From positions 832,001 to 896,000 of the forward strand of contig CAWHBU010000003.1 in the NCBI GenBank assembly GCA_963827685.1: a DNA stretch of 64,000 nucleotides, read 5' to 3'. Made by a program: the position numbers and the translations under genes. Positions 58,437-64,000 of this stretch are shown here, piece by piece; the first letter of the stretch is position 1; each line of letters begins with the position of its first letter. The notes beneath the pieces are model-generated. The model was not told where the DNA came from, searched no databases, and saw only the letters and a list, made by a program, of their open reading frames with translations. The DNA comes from an uncultured delta proteobacterium (lineage in GTDB: Bacteria > Desulfobacterota > BSN033 > UBA1163).

Positions 58437-59582
58437 TTATTTCGATTTTAAGAGCGTATGGGCCACCACCATCCTCTGGATTTGATTCGTTCCTTCAAAA
58501 ATCTGGATGACCTTTGCATCTCTCATCATTCTTTCCACCGGATGATTCCTGGTAAGACCTTGCCATTGCAAGATCTGGACAGCATCGGTCGTCACTTTCA
58601 TGGCCACATCCGAAGCGAAGTATTTGGACATCGCGGAGAACATCTGAACCGGAGTGCCCTTCACCTTTTCATCCATCATATTCGCCGCCTTATAGACAAG
58701 CGCTCTGGATGCCTCAATCTCAACAGCCATATCCGCCAGCATCAATGGAACTCCCAGGCTGTTTCCCTTTCCCCTTGCCCAGCCTTCTTCCTTACCAAAC
58801 CGAATGAGATAATCCAAGGCACCTTGAGCCAAACCCACCGCTTGGGCCCCAATGGCCGGCCTTGAACGATTTAGCGTTCTCATCATTTGCCACCAGCCTG
58901 CTCCTTCATCTCCAATCCTTTGGGCAACGGGAACCTTGACATCCTCAAAAATGACTTCCGTGGTATTGGAACCTCGAATGCCCATCTTTTCTTCCGCCTT
59001 TCCGACGGAAAGGCCGGGAGTTCCTTTTTCCACCACGAAGCCTGTTATTCCTTCTATTTTGTTACCAGAATGAGTCGTAGTAAAGACCGTATAGAAATCA
59101 GCGACGCCACCGTTCGTGATGAAGCATTTTTGCCCGTTGATGACATAATGGTCACCTTTTAATATGGCTTTCGTTTGGACAGACGCCGCATCCGAACCCG
59201 CTTCAGGTTCGGTCAAGCAAAAACAAATCAGACCTCTCTCTCTGGCCAATCTGGGCAACACCTTCTCCTTCAGTTCATTGCCCCCTCCTAAAACCACAGG
59301 CATCGTCCCCACCGCCTGAACGATCACGAGGAGGGCAGAAGAAGCACAGATGTTGGCAATCTCTTCTGTAACCAAACAGAAAGAAGTAATATCCGTATCC
59401 ATTCCTCCGTACTCTTTGGGAATGAGGAGGCTCAAAAAACCATACTTGGAATACACTTCGGCGAGATCCCAAGCAAATTCGCCCTTGGCATCGATCTCTG
59501 CTGCCCGCGGGGCGATAACATTCTTGGCGACTTCTCTGGCCTTCGTTCTCCAACTTTCTCTTTGTTGTTCGATATCATTCAT
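58437..59582 (-). CDS. Acyl-CoA dehydrogenase
   Basis: FCLTEPEAGSD, NGQKCFITNG, KMGIRGS and RDAK..QIFEGTNQIQR. Confidence 0.93.
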   Translation of the reverse strand: MNDIEQQRESWRTKAREVAKNVIAPRAAEIDAKGEFAWDLAEVYSKYGFLSLLIPKEYGGMDTDITSFCLVTEEIANICASSALLVIVQAVGTMPVVLGGGNELKEKVLPRLARERGLICFCLTEPEAGSDAASVQTKAILKGDHYVINGQKCFITNGGVADFYTVFTTTHSGNKIEGITGFVVEKGTPGLSVGKAEEKMGIRGSNTTEVIFEDVKVPVAQRIGDEGAGWWQMMRTLNRSRPAIGAQAVGLAQGALDYLIRFGKEEGWARGKGNSLGVPLMLADMAVEIEASRALVYKAANMMDEKVKGTPVQMFSAMSKYFASDVAMKVTTDAVQILQWQGLTRNHPVERMMRDAKVIQIFEGTNQIQRMVVAHTLLKSK

Positions 59583-59603
59583 GGGCCCACACTCCTCAGT
59601 GCT

Positions 59604-60344
59604 CTACATATTCGACCCGCCGGAGACATCCACCGTAGCTCCGGTCATGAAACTCGCTTCATCCGATGCCAGGAAAGCCACGACATTGGCAACTTCCTCG
59701 GGTTGGCCAATCCGACCAAGGGGAGTATGATCGAGAATTAATTTTTTGTATTTCTCAGCCATTTTGGCAATGGTGGGGGTTAAAATCAATCCTGGCACAA
59801 CCACGTTGACATTGATCTGATAACGGCCGAGTTCCCTGGCAATGCTCTTCGTCAGACCGATTATCCCTGCTTTCGCAGCACTGTAACTGATCGCGGCCAT
59901 TCCCCCACTTTTCCCGTAAATGGAAGAAATATTTATGATCTTGCCGTATCGATTCTCGATCATATGAGGAGCAACGGCTTGAATACAATTCAGGGTCCCT
60001 TTCAGGTGGACGCCCAATACGGCATCCCAATCCTCCTCTTTCACTTTCAGAAGCGTCGCCCCTCGGTCAAATCCTGCATTGTTGACTAAGATATCGATCC
60101 TTTTCCAGACACCCAATACCTGCTTTACCATGTTCTGGACCGATCTTTGATCTGATACATCCACGGCAACGAACATGGCTTTTCTACCCAGAGCCTCAAT
60201 CTCTCTCGTCGTTTGACCACCGGTATCAGGATTCAGCTCAGCAATGACCACATCCGCTCCTCCTTGGGCCACCTTCAATGCAATGCTCCGACCGATCCCC
60301 TGCCCTGCTCCGGTGACAATCGCCTTCTTGTCTTTCAGTCTCAT
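59604..60344 (-). CDS. SDR oxidoreductase (FabG-like)
   Basis: TGAGQGIG, NNAG and YSAAK. Confidence 0.9.
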   Translation of the reverse strand: MRLKDKKAIVTGAGQGIGRSIALKVAQGGADVVIAELNPDTGGQTTREIEALGRKAMFVAVDVSDQRSVQNMVKQVLGVWKRIDILVNNAGFDRGATLLKVKEEDWDAVLGVHLKGTLNCIQAVAPHMIENRYGKIINISSIYGKSGGMAAISYSAAKAGIIGLTKSIARELGRYQINVNVVVPGLILTPTIAKMAEKYKKLILDHTPLGRIGQPEEVANVVAFLASDEASFMTGATVDVSGGSNM

Positions 60345-60794
60345 CTCTCCACCTTAGGAGACTAAAATATCTCTAAGTTGTTAAACTTTCAAAATTTCAA
60401 AAATTCTAACAGATGGGCCTATGGTCGTCAATCTGTTTGTTATTCTTGCCCTCCCCCAGTTTTTTAGAAGCTCTGAGCTTTTTAGGAACATGTTACCTGG
60501 CCGAGCCCCTCAGAGAGGCTTCACAGGCCGCACCGCTCTGCGCCTAGGCACATGGATCTCAACGTTATAAGCAAGTCCCCCATGTTCCTCGGTCGGGTTA
60601 CAAAATACTCTCTAAGAAATCGGCCTTATGAAGCCATGAAGAGGGGGTTGGCCAGGGGGCATGTTCCATTTATTCCACCAAACCTGGAGGGGGTAAGGAA
60701 AAACTGGGGGTGGGCAAGGTTTGTTATTAAAAAGAAGTAGGTTGGAAAAAGAAAAGGTGGGTTTGGGAGGTCAAAGAGAGACCTCCCCTTTGGA

Positions 60795-61562
60795 TCAGTT
60801 ATCTTTCCAGGTTGGTTTTCGTTTATCCAAGAAGGCTTTAAGTCCCTCGATCGCATCATGAGTCTTCATTAAACGATCCAAATAGATTTTCTCAATAGCT
60901 TTGAGCCCCTTATCCATATCATCATTGAGTCCAGCGAGCATCGCCTCCTTCGTCAATTTCAAAACGATTCCGCTCAGTTTCCTAAACTTCTCAATAAATC
61001 CCCTCGCTTCTTCAGTGAGGGAAGCTTCGGGAACTATCTTATTGACCAATCCCAATGATAATGCCTCTTGAGCGCTGATGACATCGCCGGAGAGAATTAG
61101 TTCCAGCGCCTTCTTTCGTCCGATCATTCTCGGAAAGGCCAGAGCGGCAATAGGGGGAAAGACCCCAACCTGGATCTCAGGTTGTCCAAACTTTGCCTTC
61201 TCTGTGGCAATGACCATATCGCAATAGAGGGCCAGTTCGCATCCACCTCCAAGGGCTGAACCATTCACCACCGCAATGGATGGAACCTTCAGGGCGTCCA
61301 TCAAGCGGAACATTTTATGAAAAACTTCAATCATCTTATAAACCAAATCGCCGAGATGTTCTCCGACATCCACACCAGCAGAAAATGCCTTTCCCGCTGC
61401 CTGAATGACCAGGAGCTTCAGAGCCTTCTCTTTCAAGAGCTCAGCAAAGCAGGTATTGATCTCCTCCATCATCTCGATATTGAGGACATTAAGGGGAGGC
61501 CGGTTCAGTGTAAGAGTTGCCACTCCATCTTTCAGCTCTGTCTGAATATGTTTGAATGCCAT
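60795..61562 (-). CDS. dch: Cyclohexa-1,5-diene-1-carbonyl-CoA hydratase (Dch/BamR)
   Basis: Crotonase with FSAGVDVGEH, ALGGGCEL and GQPEIQVGVFPP; had-oah-dch synteny; ATG 61562 follows AGGAGG. Confidence 0.82.
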   Translation of the reverse strand: MAFKHIQTELKDGVATLTLNRPPLNVLNIEMMEEINTCFAELLKEKALKLLVIQAAGKAFSAGVDVGEHLGDLVYKMIEVFHKMFRLMDALKVPSIAVVNGSALGGGCELALYCDMVIATEKAKFGQPEIQVGVFPPIAALAFPRMIGRKKALELILSGDVISAQEALSLGLVNKIVPEASLTEEARGFIEKFRKLSGIVLKLTKEAMLAGLNDDMDKGLKAIEKIYLDRLMKTHDAIEGLKAFLDKRKPTWKDN

Positions 61563-61581
61563 TGGATTCACCTCCTATTAC

Positions 61582-61707
61582 CATGACTCGTGATTCGTGA
61601 ATGGTGATTCGCAAATGGGAGATTTGCCTTTGGCAAATCTCCGAAAAAGATACCCTTTGGGCGAAAGATAATTTTTAGCCCAAAGGGTATCTGCGTCACC
61701 AACCATG
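61582..61707. repeat. Heptamer element whose loop holds two perfect hairpins
   Basis: Arm tgactcgtgattcgtgaatggtgattcg; GGAGATTTGCC-ttt-GGCAAATCTCC at 61618-61642; AGATACCCTTTGGGC..GCCCAAAGGGTATCT at 61648-61692. Confidence 0.78.
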
Positions 61708-61713
61708 CTTATC

Positions 61714-62859
61714 CTACTTCTGCGGTTTGCCTAACACTTCCTCAAAGAATTTTTCATCCAGGATCTTACCTTCTGCAATATTCTGACGGTACTTGATGAA
61801 GTCGATAACATCCTGGCCGGTAATCTTCTTGGTATTGAAGGCCCCGAAGCCAAGGAATGCCTCGCCCATCATGTTGGCTGCCAGCCAGTGCCTGTTGTAG
61901 TTCTTCGAATAATCCCAGAAAAATTTCTTTTTAGCCCTGATCGAGTCAATCGACTTAATCAGGCAACCGGGAAACAGGTTGGCGAAAGTCCAAACGATCT
62001 TATCCACCTCGCCGTCGAGCAAAGAGAAATCATAATCGTTGTTTTTCAGTTTGTTATTAACCCATTCCCTGGCCTTTTTGAATTCCTCACCTGTCTTAAA
62101 TTCCCCGTAGACGATCTCGCCATTCTCAACATACTTATCGGTGATGACCTGCGGGTTGCGAACCCAATTTCCTTTCTCGTCTTTGAGTACCGGCACGCAC
62201 TTGGAGATGAGGGTCTTCATCTTCATCTTGTAAGCACTCCACATCTCGCAGCTTACGCAGTTCCACATGGCGTCCTCCATTCCCAAGAACCACGGCAGAA
62301 AGTCGGAAGAGCCGCCATCTGGAGCAGAGCCATGCCGGGGACCCGCCTGTCCAAAGATGGCCAAGTCCGAGGCAATGGCAAGATCACAGGCCATTCCAAT
62401 TTCCTGTCCCCCCGCCACCCTCATGCCATTCACACGGCAAATGACAGGCTTCTTACACATCAGGATGGCGTCCACCATGTTGTTAAAAAGCTCCATATAA
62501 GCCCCGTACTCCTCTGGACGCCTGCTGTAATATTCGGAGTACTCTTTCGTGTTCCCACCCGTGCAGAACGCATTGGGACCGGCTCCGGTAAAAATGGTAC
62601 AAACAACGGAGCGGTCCGTTGAAGAATTCTCCATGCCGGCAATAACACCCTTTACCATTTCAGTGGTATAGGAATTATACTGAGCTGGATTATTCAGCGT
62701 AATCCATGCGACGTATATGCCGGGTACCACGTTCCCTTTCGGATCTTTTAAAGGTCTTTTTTCATAGATTGTGCAGGGAGCCTTTGTCCCCCAGTGTTCC
62801 GAACCATATCGATCATGATTCTTCTCTTCACTCTCTCTTGGAACCCAATCTATCGACAT
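61714..62859 (-). CDS. oah: 6-oxocyclohex-1-ene-1-carbonyl-CoA hydrolase (Oah/BamA)
   Basis: NPAQYNSYTT, FCTGGNTKEY, GQAGPRHGSAP and EAFLGFGAFN. Confidence 0.93.
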   Translation of the reverse strand: MSIDWVPRESEEKNHDRYGSEHWGTKAPCTIYEKRPLKDPKGNVVPGIYVAWITLNNPAQYNSYTTEMVKGVIAGMENSSTDRSVVCTIFTGAGPNAFCTGGNTKEYSEYYSRRPEEYGAYMELFNNMVDAILMCKKPVICRVNGMRVAGGQEIGMACDLAIASDLAIFGQAGPRHGSAPDGGSSDFLPWFLGMEDAMWNCVSCEMWSAYKMKMKTLISKCVPVLKDEKGNWVRNPQVITDKYVENGEIVYGEFKTGEEFKKAREWVNNKLKNNDYDFSLLDGEVDKIVWTFANLFPGCLIKSIDSIRAKKKFFWDYSKNYNRHWLAANMMGEAFLGFGAFNTKKITGQDVIDFIKYRQNIAEGKILDEKFFEEVLGKPQK

Positions 62860-62923
62860 AAAAATTCCTCCTTTCTATTTTCGGATAAGACTTTCTCATT
62901 CATCTTTCTCTCAACCCTGACCG

Positions 62924-64000
62924 CTAAAAATCAGGTGTCAGAACCATCCTCTTCGCCGGAGAACCGGCCTTGTGAACCTCTTCAAAGACCGACTGGATCT
63001 GGCTCATCGGCCTGGTCTCCACAAACGGACCGATATCGATCTTCTTCGAAAGGACCATATCCAGCACGATGGGATAGTACTCGGGCAGACATCCCCATGT
63101 CCCGATCATTTCTGCATCAAAGGCCATGAGTCGAGAAATGCTATATTCACTCTTGGCCATCCCAAATCCAATCAAAACCAACTTTCCGGTGAAGGAGAGC
63201 ATCTCAAGAGCGATTTCTTGCCCTGCCTTGGTTCCGGTTACCTCAAAAATCTTCCAGCCAAAACTAGCCTCCAAACCATTCTTTTTGCAGATATCTCGAA
63301 ATTCATTTCGGAGATCCTTGATGGCCTTATCTTGAGAACTGATTACAAAATCGACCCCGTATTTTAAGGCCCTCTGCAATTTCTCTGGATTTCTTGCAAT
63401 CCCGATGACCGCTCTCGCACCCAGAGCCTTTGCCGTTTGAGCCATATAGACACCTACCCCTCCAGTCACCCCGATGATGATGACTTGATCTCCCGGCTGA
63501 AGCTCTGCTCTCTTGGCGGCCTGGTAGGGCGTGGTCACAGCATCCGCTACAACTGCTAATTGCTCCAAAGGAATATTCCCGCGGTTTCTTACTTCGCAGA
63601 GGTCAATGGAGGGTACAGGAATGTGACTCGAAAATCCACCGTAAAGGCCCAAGCTGTTTCCAGGCATCTTCTGAACTAAACAACGATTTCCTCTACCGGT
63701 TTTACAGAGGAGGCATTTTCGGCAAGGCATCACGGCTGGGATGATCACTTCCTTTCCCATCCATTTCTCATCTCCAGCCACGACTGTCCCACTGATCTCA
63801 TGTCCGAGAGTTAAAGGTGGTTTTTGTACGGTTGGCACGCCATCGTAAAAATAACCGAGATCGGTATGACAGACCCCGCATCCTGCCACCTTCACCAACA
63901 CTTCACCGGGAGCCAAAGATGGAACTGGAATGGAAGCCTTGGCTAACTTACCGGGCTTCACCTCTCCAGTCTCTTTATCCTTTGACGTCGGCTGAATCAT
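62924..64000 (-). CDS. had: 6-hydroxycyclohex-1-ene-1-carbonyl-CoA dehydrogenase (Had/BamQ); 5' end probably outside the window
   Basis: GCGVCHTDLGY, GHEISG, QKMPGN, VADAVTTP and SRLMAFDA..GTWGC. Confidence 0.9.
   Translation of the reverse strand: MIQPTSKDKETGEVKPGKLAKASIPVPSLAPGEVLVKVAGCGVCHTDLGYFYDGVPTVQKPPLTLGHEISGTVVAGDEKWMGKEVIIPAVMPCRKCLLCKTGRGNRCLVQKMPGNSLGLYGGFSSHIPVPSIDLCEVRNRGNIPLEQLAVVADAVTTPYQAAKRAELQPGDQVIIIGVTGGVGVYMAQTAKALGARAVIGIARNPEKLQRALKYGVDFVISSQDKAIKDLRNEFRDICKKNGLEASFGWKIFEVTGTKAGQEIALEMLSFTGKLVLIGFGMAKSEYSISRLMAFDAEMIGTWGCLPEYYPIVLDMVLSKKIDIGPFVETRPMSQIQSVFEEVHKAGSPAKRMVLTPDF

Noticed and set aside
60480-60795. G-rich structured spacer between dch and the SDR gene as an ncRNA
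   Set aside because: Apart from a terminator-like GGGAGGTC..GACCTCCC hairpin, no family or second copy could be supported.
2087-62622. Long antisense ORFs (2087-2698, 11244-11882, 34441-35085, 42390-43076, 61888-62622 and others)
   Set aside because: They lie opposite well-supported genes and have no recognisable motifs.

Overview
This is a 64-kb chromosomal window from an anaerobic bacterium; gene content suggests a deltaproteobacterium (Desulfobacterota), which is an inference. It contains housekeeping genes (argJ partial, secA, pmbA, fabH, alr, thiF, argA, recN, nadK, a MetE-core-like gene) and a ~15-kb glycosylation locus with GT-C/TPR proteins. It also carries hbd, outer-membrane proteins, two LIV-type ABC transporters, an IclR-controlled tungsten AOR/FeS/NrfD cluster and the anaerobic benzoyl-CoA ring-cleavage genes (had, oah, dch). 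No rRNA, tRNA, CRISPR array, transposase or reverse transcriptase was seen. The most striking signal is non-coding. At about 17 gene junctions, short tandem 6-10-nt (mostly 7-nt) repeats form polarised inverted arms, with one arm just after the upstream stop codon and the complementary arm just before the downstream start. Three of these sites carry a four-helix-bundle (23S rRNA-IVS/Avd-like) gene, and the protein subfamily tracks the repeat sequence. This looks like a filled/empty family of mRNA-level intervening elements. Several other small palindromic mobile-like elements and two recurring operator motifs are also present.
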